Below, piece after piece: positions 12,078-24,295 of a stretch of DNA of 64,000 bases. A model generated the notes under the pieces. It saw nothing but the letters and a program-made list of their open reading frames with translations. It did no database searches and was not told the DNA's origin. Source of the stretch: Okamejei kenojei (taxonomy: Eukaryota). Positions within the stretch are counted from its first letter, which is position 1. The number at the start of each line of letters is the position of its first letter. The DNA is taken from contig CM069160.1 of NCBI GenBank assembly GCA_035221665.1, positions 7,006,001 to 7,070,000 of the forward strand, read 5' to 3'. The translations under genes and the position numbers were made by a program.

Positions 12078-12432
12078 ACATGCTTGGTGAGTATGCAGCC
12101 AGGCTTGCAAAATGTATTAAATAAGGTTGGTGAATTGGGTACAGTTGTGTTATTGGGGCAATAACACAGACCTAGCTAATTATATAAGGACCACGTCAGC
12201 ATGAAAACATTCCTGTGGTCAGAAAGTACAGGAAAATGGGAAGAAGGAAGATAATGGAAGGAGAGAGAGTTATGATTAAGGAGAATATTGCGGACCTGGA
12301 GAGAGAGAGCGTGTCCTACCTTAGTCAACGATAAGATAAAACTGTATAGTATTAGAAAGAAATCGTGGCTAATTGCCTTATTGGATCATTTTGATATTAT
12401 TGACTACTGGGAAGGATATTTAGTTTAGAGAT

Positions 12433-15370
12433 ACCATATAACCATATAACAATTACAGCACGGAAACAGGCCCTCTCGGCCCTTCCAGTCCGTGCCGACC
12501 ATTTGTTTTCCCCTAGTCCCATCTACCTGCACTCAGACCATACCCCTCCATTCCCTTCACGTCCATATACCTATCCACTTTACTCTTAAATGTTAAAATC
12601 GATCCTGCCTCCACCACTTCTGCTGGAAGCTCATTCCACACAGCCACCACCCTCTGAGTAAAGAAGTTCCCCCTCACGTTACCCCGAAACCTCTGTCCCT
12701 TAATTCTCATGTCATGCCCTCTTGTTTGAATCTTCCCTACCCACAATGGGGAAAAAACGTATCCACGTCAACTCTGTCTATCCCTTTCATCATTTTAAAG
12801 ACCTCAATCAAGTCCCCCCTTAACCTTCTGCGCTCCAAAAAATAAAGACCTAACTTGTTCAACCTTTCTCTGTAACATAGTTGCTGGAACCCTGGCAACA
12901 TTCTAGTAAATCTCCTCTGTACTCTCTCTATTTTGTTGACATCCTTCCTATAACTAGGCGAACAAAATTGTACACCATACTCCAGAATTGGTCTTACCAA
13001 TGCCTTGTACAATTTAACATTACTTCCCTACTCCTATATTCAATGCTCTGATTTATAAAGGCCAGCACACCAAAGGCTTTCTTTACCACCCTATCTACAT
13101 GCGATTCCACCTTCAGGGAACTATGCCACAGTTATACCTAGATCCCTCTGTTTCCACAGCATTCCTCAATTCCCTACCATTTACCATGTACGTCCTATTT
13201 TGATTTGTCCTGCCAAAATGTAGCACTTCACACTTATCAGCATTAAACTCCATCTGCCATCTTTCAGCCCACTTTTCCAAATGGCCCAAATCTCTCTGTA
13301 GACTTTGAAAATCTACTTCATTATCCACAACACCACCTATCTTAGTATCATCTGCATACTTACTTATCCAATTTTCCACCCCATCATCCAGATCATTGAT
13401 GTACATGACAAACAACAGTGGACCCAACACAGATCCCTGAGGCACCCCACTGGTCACCGGCTTCCAACCTGACAAAGAGCCATCCACCATTACTCTCTGA
13501 CATCTCCCATTCAGCCACTGTTGAATCCATCTTGCCACTGTGCCATTAACACCCAAAGATTGAACCTTCTTAACCAACCATGGGGAACCTTGTCAAAGGC
13601 CTTACTGAAATGGAGTACTCTCCAGCGGCTCTCCAGCAGGTGCTCCAGCGGCGGCCCGGCTTCAGAGCTCCGGCGGCTCCAGCGATCCCGTGGTCGATCC
13701 TGACTGGGAGCTGTGGTGGTGTTCCGGCGTTCCGGCGGCGGCGGCGGTGGCGGCCTGGCTTCGGAGGCTCGGCCGCGGGCCTGGTGGACGATGACATCGA
13801 AGGCCTGGATTGCCTCAGTACAGAGGGGGAACAAGTAGGGGAAAATGACAAAGACCTTAAGACTTTTGCCTTCCACCACAGTGAGGAGGTGCTTGGTGAA
13901 CTCACTGTGGTGGATGTTAAATTATGTGTTTATTGTGTGTTTTGTTTTAATTTATTGCATGTTATGACTGCAAGGTAACAAATTTCGTTCAGACCGAAAG
14001 GTCTGAATGACAATAAAGGAATCTGAATCTGAATCTGAATCTGAATCTGAAATCCATATAGAAAACATCCACTGCTTTACCCTCATCAATTTCCCTAGTT
14101 ACCGCTTCAAAAAATTCAAGAAGGTTTGTCAAACATGACCTTCCAGGCACAAATCCATGTTGACTGTTCCTGATCAGACCCTGTTTATCCAGATGCTTAT
14201 ATATATTATCTCCAAGTATCCTTTCCATTAATTTGCCCACCACTAACGTGAAACTAATAGGTCTATAATTGCTAGGTTTATTCTTTGAACCCTTCTTAAA
14301 CAATGGAACAGCATGCGCAGTACGCCAATCCTCCGGCACTATTCCCGTTTCTAATGACATTTGAAATATTTCTGTCATAGCTCCTGCTATTTCTACACTA
14401 ACTTCCCTCAATGTCCTAGGGAATATCCTGTCAGGACCTGGAGACTTATCCACTTTTATATTTTTCAAAAGTGTCAGTACTTCCTCCTCTTTGAATCTCA
14501 TAGTTTCCATAGCTACTCTACTTTTTCCCCTTAACTCACCGAGTTCAATATCCTTCTCCTTGGTGAATACCGAAGAAAATAAATTGTTCAATATCTCCCC
14601 CATCTCTTTTGGCTCTGCAGATATCTGTCCATTCTGATTCTCTAATGGTCCAATTTTATCCCTCGTTATCCTTTTGCTATTCATATAGCTGTAGAAACCC
14701 TTTGGGTTTACTTTCACCTTTCTTGCCAACGCAACCTCATATCTTCTTTTAGCCTTCCTAATTTCTTTCTTAAGATTCTTTTTACATTCTTTACACTCCT
14801 CTAGCACCTCATTTACTCCATGCCTCGTATAATTATTGTAGATATCTCTCTTTTTTGGAAACAAGTGTCCAATTTCCCTTGAAAACCATGACTCTTTCCA
14901 ATGTTTACTATTTCCTTTCAACCTAACAGGGACATAAAGATTCTGTACTCTTACAATTTCCCCTTTAAATGTCCTCCATGTCTCTTCTACATCCTTCCCA
15001 TGAAACAAAGTGTCCCAATTCACTCCTTTAAAATCCTTACGTATTCCCGCAAAGTTAGCCTTTCTCCAATCAAAAATCTCCACCCTAGGTCCAGTTCTCA
15101 CTCTCTCCATAATTATATTGAAACTAATGGTATGGTGATCACTGGTTCCGAAGTGCTCACGAACGCATACCTCCGTCGCCTGACCTGCCTCATTTCCTAA
15201 CAGGAGGTCCAGCACTGCCCCTTCTCTGGTCGGTACCTCTATGTACTGCTGCAAACAACTATCCTGCACACATTTTACAATCTCCAAACCATCCAGCCCA
15301 TTTACAGAATGTGTTTCCCTGTCTATTTTTGGAAAATTGAAATCTCCCACAATCACTACCTTGTGCTTAC
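12433..15370 (-). mobile_element. CR1 LINE family B (part of APE endonuclease plus RT), interrupted at 13612-14046
   Basis: [42 protein letters not shown]; (ATATGGTT)-type tail. Confidence 0.93.
13612..14046 (+). mobile_element. 5'-truncated copy of the GC-rich VNTR non-autonomous retroposon
   Basis: About 98% identical by eye to ~63290-63686; (CTGAAT)n tail; CTGAAAT duplicated at 13605-13611 and 14047-14053; splits the CR1 motif YMDF|SKAFD. Confidence 0.9.
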
Positions 15371-15371
15371 T

Positions 15372-16500
15372 ACTAAAAATAGATTATGAAAGAAAACTGG
15401 CAGGGAACATAAAAACTGACTGCATATGTTTTTATAGATATGTGAGGAGAAAAAGATTAGTTAAAATATATGTAGGTCCCTTGCAGTCAGAAACTTGTGA
15501 ATTGATCATGGGGAACAAGGACATGGCAGACCAATTGAATAACTACATTGTTTCTGTCTTCACTAAAGAAGACATAAATAATCTTCCGGAAATAGCAGGG
15601 GACCGGGGGTCAAATGGGATGGAGGAACTGAATGAAATTCAGGTTAGCCGAGAAGTGGTGTTAGTTAAATTGAATGGACTAAAGGCCGTTAAATCCCCAG
15701 GGCCAGATAGGCTGCATCCCAGAGTACTTTAGAAAGCAGTCCCTGAAACGGTGGATGCATTAGTGATAATTTTTCAAAACTCTTTAGATTCTGGAGTCGT
15801 TCCTGAGGATTGGAGTGTAGCTAATGTAACCCCACTTTTTAAAAAGGGAGGGAGAGAGAAAACGGGGAATTACAGACCAGTTAGTCTAACATCAGTGGTG
15901 TGGAAAATGCTAGTCAGTTATTATAGATGGGATAGCAGCACATTTGGAAAGTGGTGAAATCATTGGACAAAGACAGCATGGATTTATGAAAGGTAAATCA
16001 TGTCTAACGAATCTTATATAATTTTTCGAGGATGTAACTAGTAGAGTGAATAAGGGAGAACCAGTGGATGTGTTATATCTGGACTTTCAGAAGGCTTTCG
16101 ACAAGGTCCCACATGAGAGATTAGTATGCAAACTTAAAGCACACGGTATTGGGGGTTCAGTATTGATGTGCATAGACAACTGGCCGGCAGACAGGAAGCA
16201 ATGAGTAGGAGTAAACTGGTCCTTTTCAGAATGGCAGGCAGTGAATAGTGGTGTACCGCAAGGCTCAGTGTTGGGACCCCAGCTGTTTACAATATATATT
16301 AATGATCTGGATGAGGGAATTGAAAGCAACATCTCCACGCTTGCGCATGACACGAAGCTGGGGGCAGTGTTAGCTGTGTGGAGGATACTATGAGTGTGCA
16401 AGGTAACTTGGATAGGCTGGGTGAGTGGGCAAATGCATGGCAGATGCAGTATAATGTGGATAAATGTGAGGTTATCCACTTTGGTGGCAAAAACAGGAAG
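15372..16500 (+). mobile_element. CR1 family A internal fragment (tether plus RT)
   Basis: [38 protein letters not shown]; homologous to 47441 onward. Confidence 0.9.
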
Positions 16501-16999
16501 TAGGCCATTCGGCCCTTCGAGCCTGCACCGCCATTCAATATGATCATGCCTGATCATCCAACTCAGTATACTGTACCTGCCTTCTCTCCATACCCCCTGG
16601 TCCCTTTAGCCACAAAGGCCACATCTAACTCCCTCTTAAATATAGCCAATGAACTGGCTTCAACTACCTTCTGTGGCAGAAAATTCCAGACTCACCACTC
16701 TGTGTGAAAAAAGATCTTCTCATCTCGGTCCTAAAAGACTTCCCCCTTATCCTTAAACTGTGACCCCTTGTTCTGGAGTTCCCCAACATCGGGAACAATC
16801 TTCCTGCATCTAGCCTGTCCAACTCCTTAAGAATGTTGTAAGCCTCTATAAGATCCCCCCTCAATCTCCTAAATTCCAGCGGGTACAAGCCGAGTCTATC
16901 CAGTCTTTCTTCATATGGAAGTCCTGCCATACCAGGAATCAGTCTGGTGAACCTTCTCTGTACTGCCTCTATGGCAAGAATGTATTTCCTCAGATTAGG
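16497..16999 (-). mobile_element. CR1 family A 3' fragment, inverted relative to its neighbour
   Basis: PNLRK...RRFTRLIPG...RGDLIE on the minus strand; joined to the + copy at the microhomology caggaag. Confidence 0.88.
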
Positions 17000-17002
17000 A
17001 GT

Positions 17003-17412
17003 GTCGGCCAAATTTGGCAGATTAATTATATCAACAAAATAAATATGTATTAACCATGGTGGATACCTATTGAGGAGAATTGATGGTGTAACCCTGCAGC
17101 CACGCCGATCAGGACAGCACAGTAAAAGGATTGCAACAACTGTCATCTGTGTATAGGATCCAATGGGGAATACAGTCGGACAACGGGTCCCACTTTGCGC
17201 GATCCCGTGTCCAGGAATGGGCAGTGGAATCTGGCATTGTATGGGGTTTCCACATCCCGTACTGCCCACAGGCTGTTGGACTTATCGGACGCATGAATGG
17301 ACTACTGAAACTGCAAATAAAGTTGCTGACAGCGCAGTGCACCCTCCAGTGGTGGTTGGGAGTTCTGCAACCAGCCGTGAGCAAACTGAACTCACGGCTG
17401 TTGAGCCAATGA
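17003..17412 (+). pseudogene. Retroviral integrase core remnant
   Basis: The D,D35E motif region is recognisable, with the first D changed to N and E changed to G. Confidence 0.85.
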
Positions 17413-17794
17413 GGATCACCTATGTCACTGCACGTGGTAGTGTCGGACCCTCCAAAGACTGAGGAAGTGGAATTGGTGGAGGAAAAATCAGGAAAGGTCC
17501 GGGAACAATATTCCAAAAAGCCGCCGGAAAAGGGGGGGTGGATTGTGGCACGCGGATCGGGTAGTACGCGATTGAGAGCGTTGCCGTGGTATGCTTGAAC
17601 ACCCAGAGGCTAACTAAAGGAGAGAGAGTGTGCTTTTACCCCATTGCAAGGCAACAACTGCCTGATACGCTTCAGGCCCACGTGCCTGAATGTTCCGGCA
17701 CCAGGAACCAGTGGACCAGTGGAACATCCACGACCCAAGTACCTTGGACCCAAGGACATCGGGTCCACCATCACTTTTGTATTGGGCGGTGTGA

Positions 17795-19005
17795 TTGTCG
17801 GGAAGGGCATGGGTGAATTATTGTTGGTTTACAGTTGCTTGCCTGCTTGTGGTGTTCGGAGGGAATGTGGACACCTCGGCCTACATTATGAATCTCCTGT
17901 TCCAAACTCGTTTCCCACCCTCAGCTATAAATTCGCACAACGGCTCAATGTATCAGCGTGCTGGGTGTGTACCCGCATCCAGTGCCACAGTAGGGGCATC
18001 CCATTGTGGGCAGTTCCCTTAAATCATTGCGAACAATTGTCAGCGTGGTCTTTTTGTAGCGAGACCACGAGTGGTGCGGCTTAGAACGGCCACCAAACCT
18101 CCCTTGATCGCCAGTGTCACTGCTTTGACGGATGGTACATTCCGCCATTCAACCACACTCGAGCTTCCGCCTAACAGGTGCCGACGAGTCCACTAATAGT
18201 CCCTGCCATTGTAACTTTGAGGGGTCGGGCCCTTCCCCTGGGTAACAGTACCTGTACGACATATACCATAGCGTCTCCCCCATACACCAGTAATGGAACC
18301 TACTGGGTGTGTGGCCTGTGAGCCTACTCCTGGCTTCCGGGAATGCCCGGGGTGCACTTCGTGGCATGAGAGAGACTAATACCCTGGACGGGATGCTGTT
18401 ACCTGACATATGTGGTACCCCACCTGAGACACTTGCCATGCTTACCCTCAACCCCCGGCAAGACCATGTGTATCGGGCTACTACGGAGGCCGAGTGCTTC
18501 TGGACTATTGAATTTTCCTCATATGATACTGCGAAGCTGGCACGGGTAATGATTATCATGGCTTCTGCCATGAAAGAAATAGCCAATGAGACGGCAGACT
18601 TGGGGTAAAATTCTCACCACAGAATTATCAGCGGAAGTATTCGCACCGCAGCCATACACAACCCCATGGCCCTAGATTTCACCCAGGCTGAGAAAGGGGG
18701 CACTTGCGCTTTGACCTTGCGGGAGCGCTGTACTTATTTTCCCTGTGATTCCGAGAACATCACCAACCTCGCTGACCACAGGAAGCCGTGGAGAAGATTG
18801 GAAATGGTCGGAGAACAGTACCACGACTACAACCTCCCGGGAACATGATGGCCTTTCGGGATGTTAGGAGGCTGGTGGACAACAGTGGTGCATTGGGGAC
18901 TGACCATTGGGACGATCTTGTTGGCCATAATATGACTGCGTTGAATGTATGCATTGGCATCACGACCGCGTGGCCTTTACTGCAGCCTGTGGGCCGGATG
19001 TGACA
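17795..19005 (+). pseudogene. Gamma-type retroviral env remnant
   Basis: Signal-like WFTVACLLVVFGG; NSF...LNVSACWVC (CXXC); fusion/heptad region ATTEAECFW...MASAMKEIANETA; degenerate immunosuppressive domain and CX6CC; many stops and frameshifts. Confidence 0.85.
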
Positions 19006-19031
19006 GTAACCAGACGGTTTCAGGGGGTGAA

Positions 19032-19861
19032 TGATATACAAGAATTTAGCCCGAACAGTCGTGACCCAATAGCGCTGTGGCCATAACACTGTGTTTAAAG
19101 CCATTTTTTGTATCAGACAATAATGTATTTAATTTCAACACGATACAAAAAACAAAAAAAAACAAAACCGTGATGACATACCCACCACCATGATACAAAA
19201 TCATCAAACGGGTATTTTACAAATATTCCAATAACTTCTACACAACCCCGGTAAAGGAGCAAACATCTGGCTCGGGCAAATCCCTCTTCCGCCTGGCGCC
19301 GTAACACACGGATGGCCAGCTTGGACATGTTTAAACCCCATAGCGCTGTGGCCGGTAGCGCGATATTTAGAACCATGGCGCTGCAGCCGGTAACGCTTCG
19401 TTTGAAACCCCACAGCGCTCTGTTAAAACCTTTATGCGCCAAGTCTGCAGCTGATAGTGCTGTGTATTACCTTGCGCGCCAACTCTGTTGCTGATAGCAC
19501 TTTGTTCCGGGGGGTTGGGGGGGGGGGGGGGGGGGGGTTGTTGCTCCCCTGCCATTTAGTTGTAATTTGAATTTGAGGGCAGCGTTATTGGCTATGACGA
19601 CTGGTTTCTGCCTACAGGCGCCGGTAAACCATAAGGTCGTTTCTGACGAGTGGGGTTCATAGACGGGCTGGGTTGCGATCAGCGCCGCGGACGGAGGCAG
19701 AGACAGAGGGCGAGGTGCATTGCTGTAAGACGGACCCCGCGCATACCGAGAGAAGTATTGTTTTTGTTCTCTCTCGTGCCAATAAACCTAGTTTGTAACT
19801 TAACGGAGTGTGCATTTTATTGTTCTACGAGTCAGATCATTGAATCTGTTCCCTTGTAACA
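19032..19861 (+). repeat. ERV 3' LTR, probably with an internal insertion at ~19045-19550
   Basis: TG...CA ends, upstream PPT, poly(A) signal ~80 bp from the end. Confidence 0.65.
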
Positions 19862-21180
19862 TCTCCCCGTTTGGATAAATGGTCTCCGCCTTTATTCCTA
19901 CCACCAAAATGAATGACTCCACATTTTGCTACACTATATTCCATCTGGCAATTCTCTGCCCACTCTCACAAACGGTGCGGGGCCTTCTGCAGAGTTCCTG
20001 CTTCCTCTATACTACCGACCCCCTCTACGTATTTTCGTATCATCCGCAAACTTGGCCACAAAGCCTTCAATTTCCTCCTCCAATTCAGTAACATACAACG
20101 TGAAGTAGCGGCCCCAGTACCGACGCTTGCGAAACTCCACTGGCAGCCAACCAGATGCAGCCCCCTTTATTGACACTCCCTGCCTTCTGTCATCCAGCCA
20201 ACATGCTATCCATGCTAGTATCTGCCCTTTGAAACAATGGGCTCTCTTCTTCCATAGCAGCCTCACGTGTAACAACATATCAAAGACTTTCTGAATATCT
20301 AGGTAAACAACAGCTATTGACTCTCCTTTGTCTGTCCTGCTATTTTGTTCTTCAGAGAATTCCAACAAATTTAACAGGCAAGAACTTCCTTTCGCAAAGC
20401 CATGCAGACGTCGGGCTATTTAATCATGAACCTCTAGGTACTCTGTAACCTCATCCTTTATATGGATTCTAAAATCTTACCAACCAATGACTAACCGGCC
20501 GATAGTTCGCACAATTCTGCTTTGCTCCCTTCTTGTGTAGCGGCGTAATATTGGACATTTTCCCATCTGGACCACTTCTGACTAGTGATTCTTGAAATAT
20601 CAGTATCAACGCCTCCACAATCTCTAAAACCACCTCATTCAGAACCTTACGGTGTGGTCCATCTGGTCCTGGTTACTTTTCCTCCTTCAGCCATTTCAGC
20701 TTCACTAGCACCCCCCTCCCCCGTCCCCCGCCAGTAATAGCCAGTCAACTAACTTCCACCCCCTGACTCTCTTGAATTTCAGGCATGTATCTGGTGTATT
20801 CCAGTGTGAAAGCTGTGAAAATGCTATTCAACTCCTCTGCCATTTCTTTATTCCGTATTATCACTTCTCTTGCATCATTTTCCAGCGGTTGAACGTCCAC
20901 TGTTGCCTCCTTCTTGCACGTTATATAACTGAAGAAACTCTTTCTATCCTATTTTGTACTATTGGCTAGCTTACCTTCGTATTTCATCTTTTCTCCCTGT
21001 ATTGTCTTATCAGTTACATTCTATTGATCTTTAAAAGCAACACTATCCCCGGGCTTCCCGCTAATTTTTGCCATGTTATGCGCCTTCTCTTTTAGTTTTC
21101 TACTGCCCATGACATCCCTTGTCACCACGGTCGCCTCTTTCTTCCCCTGGAATATTTCTTCTTCGTTGGAATGAAAATAT
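19862..21180 (-). mobile_element. CR1 family C, RT/tether part
   Basis: VVYLDIQKVFD and KFADDTKI on the minus strand; abuts the LTR end directly. Confidence 0.85.
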
Positions 21181-21184
21181 ACTT

Positions 21185-21560
21185 TCACCGGGTGGCGCCG
21201 CGATAGTTGCTTCGCCAACAGTCGTTTCGTCTTTTTATTGTTATTTTTAGTGTGTTTTAAAATCTTGTGTTAAAGTTCTCTGGGTTATTTTATGTGGGGA
21301 GTGGGGGAGGGGGTCGGGGGAAACGTCCTTTCAGTCTCTTACCTTGCCAGAGATGCGATTGCTTTCCGGGTCGTATCTCCGATCGCATCTGCGGCCGAAC
21401 ATCGTGGAGCGTGGAATTACCATCGGAGCGGATTCCTTGGCTGGGATCGACGCTCCAACCGCGGCCTGCAGACGTTATCATCATGGAGTGTATCTCAGCA
21501 CCGCGCCGGCTTGGGCTCGCCGTTTCGGTGCTCATCAACTCGTCGCTGAGTCCGCGTTAG
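21185..21560 (+). mobile_element. 5' part of a non-autonomous retroposon related to the 62507 element
   Basis: Same order of parts: GC head (ggtggcgccg), T-rich tract, G-run, agtctct...gatgcga. Confidence 0.55.
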
Positions 21561-21845
21561 AAGGCCGGGTTCCCGGGCTCCCCGATTTATTGCGATTTCG
21601 GCAGATTTCCCGGCAGCGGTAATTACGCGACTGATAACCGGTGGAGGATTTGCCGCACGGTCGAGGGCAGGCCAGTCTTCCTCTGTCTCCGAACATCGTG
21701 CTGCATCCGCCGAGCTTCCCGCCGAAGCCTCGTGGTGAAAACGCAATTTTGCAATCAACAGGACGAATCTGCCGCCTGCATTCAGAACTCTGAAACTCCA
21801 GACCGGCCAGAAGTGTGGATCCATCCATAGAAGAGTTCCGAGGCA

Positions 21846-24295
21846 ATGGACAATGGACGCAGAGTAGGCCATTCGGACCTTCGAGCCAGCACCGCCATTC
21901 AATGTGATAATGGCCGATCATACACGATCAGTACCCCGTTAAGCCTTCTCCCCATATCCCCTGACTCCGCTATCTTTAAGAGCTCAATCTAACACTCTCT
22001 GGAAATAATCCAGAGAACCGCCCTCTGAGGCACAAAATTCCACACACTCACAACTCTCTGTGTGAAAACGTTTTTCCTCATCTTCGTTCTGAATGGCTTG
22101 CCATTTATTTTTAAACTATAGTCCCTCGTTCTGGACTCGCCCAACATTGGGAACATGTTTCCTGTGTCTAGCGTGTCCAAACCCTTAATTATCTTATATG
22201 TTTCAATAAGATTCCCTCTCATCCTTCTAAATTCCAGAGTATACAAGCCCCACCACCCCGGGAATTAACCTGGTGAACCTATGCTGCACTCCCTCCATAA
22301 CTGGAGCCAGCCAGTTCTCTATCCACATCAACACTGAACCCCCGATACCGTGTGCTTTAAGTTTGAATGCTAATCTCTTATGTGGGACCTTGTCGAAAGC
22401 CTTGTTAAAATCCAGATATAAGACATCCACAGGGTTTCCCTTATCCACTTTACTAGTTACATCCTCGAAAAATTCTATAAGATTCGTCAGACATGATTTA
22501 CCTTTTATAAATTCATGCTGACTTTGTCCAATGATTTCATCACTTTCCAAATGTGCTGCTATCCCATCTTTAATAACTGACTCTAGCATTTTCCCCACTA
22601 CCGATGTTAGACTAACTGGTCTGTAATTCCCCGTTTTCTCTCTCCCTTCCTTTTTAAAAAGTGGGGTTACATTAGCTACCCTCCAATCCTCAGGAACTAC
22701 TCCAGAATCTAAAGAATTTTGAAAAATTATCACTAATCATCCACTGTTTCTGGAGCTACTTCCTTAAGTACCCTGGAATGCAGCCTATCTGGCCCTGGGG
22801 ATTTATCGGCCTTTAATCCATTCAATTTATCTAACACCACTTCCCGGCTAACCTGGATTTCACTCATTTCCTCCATCTCATTTGACCCCCGGTCCCCTGC
22901 TATTTCCGGCAGATTATTTTTGTCTTCCTTAGTGAAGACAGAACCAAAGTAGTTAATCATTGGTCTGGCATGTCCTTGTTCCCCATGGTCAATTCACCAG
23001 TTTCTGATTGCAAGGGACCTACATTTGTTTAAACTAACCTTTTTCTCTTCACATATCCATAAAATCTTTTGCAGTCCGTTTTTATGTTCCTTGCCAGTTT
23101 TCTTTCATAATCTATTTTCCCTTTCCTAATTAAGCTCTTTGTCCATCTTCTGCTGGACTCTGAAATTCTCCCAGTCCTCTGGTAGGCTGCTTTTTCTGTC
23201 TAATTTGTATGCTTCATCTTTAGTTTTGATACTATCCCTGAATTCCGTCGTTATCCACGGATGCACTACCTTCCCTGATTTATTATTTTGCCAAACTGGG
23301 ATGAACAATTGTTACAGTTCATCAATGCAGTCTTTAAATGCCTTCCATTGCATATCCACCGTCAACCCTTTCAGAATCACTTGCTAGTCTATCTTGGCCA
23401 ATTCACGTCTCATACCCTCAAAGTTACCTTTCTTTAAGTTCAGAACGCTTGTTTCTGAATTAACAATGTCACTCTCCATCCTAATGAAGAACTCAACCAT
23501 ATTATGGTCAATCTTGCCCAAGGTGCCACGCACAACAAGACTGCTAACTAACCCTTCCTCATTACTCAGTACCTAGTCTAGAATAGCCTGTTCTCTCGTT
23601 GGTTCCTCTACATGTTGGTTTAAAAAACTATCCCGCATACATTTCAAGAAATCCTCTTCCTTAGCACCCCTGCCAATTTGATTCACCCAATCTATATGTA
23701 GATTGAAGTCGCCCATTATAAATGTTTTAACTTTGTTGCACGCATTTCTAATTTCATGTTTGATGCCATCCCCAACTCCACTACTACTGTTAGATGGCCT
23801 GTGCACAACTCCCACTAGCGTTTTCTGCCCCGTATTGTTTCGCAGTTCTACCCATATCGATTGCACATCCTCCAAGCTAATGTCCTTCATTTCTATTGCG
23901 TTAATCTCCTCCCTAACCAGCAACGCTACTCGACCTCCTTTTCCTTTCTGTCTATCCCTCCTGAATATTGAATATCCCTGGATGTTCATCTCCCAGCCTT
24001 GGTCACCCTGGAGCCATGTCTCCGTGATCCCAACTATGTCACATTCATTAATAACTATCAGCACATTCAACTCATCCACCTTATGCCAAATACTCCTTGC
24101 ATTGATACACAAAGCCTTTGGGCTTGTTTTTACAACACTCTTACCCCTTATAGAATTATGTTGAAAAGTGGCCCTTCTTGATTTTTGCCCTGGATTTTTC
24201 TGCCTGCCACATTTACTTTTCACCTTGCTACCTATTGCTTCTACCCTCATTTTTCATCCCTCTGTCTCTCTGCGCATGCTCCCATCCCCCTGCTC
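21846..24295 (-). mobile_element. CR1 family A ORF2 with an internal deletion of the RT core
   Basis: NARSI, GITETW, GDFN (endonuclease); WIENWLA fused to MEGVQHRF near 22300; 3' UTR at 21846-21990. Confidence 0.9.

Larger units (their letters stand above)
17000..19861 (+). mobile_element. Endogenous retrovirus 3' half (integrase, env, PPT, 3' LTR), decayed
   Basis: IN motifs WQINYI, IQSDNGSHF, HIPYCPQAVGLIGRMNGLLK. Env motifs CWVC and MALDF...GGTCAL...RCTYFP. Purine tract aggggg(t)gaa precedes TG at 19032; AATAAA at 19781; ends TAACA at 19861. Confidence 0.88.

Noticed and set aside
17420-17800. dUTPase between integrase and env, as in ERV-L
   Set aside because: No dUTPase motifs were recognisable in any frame.
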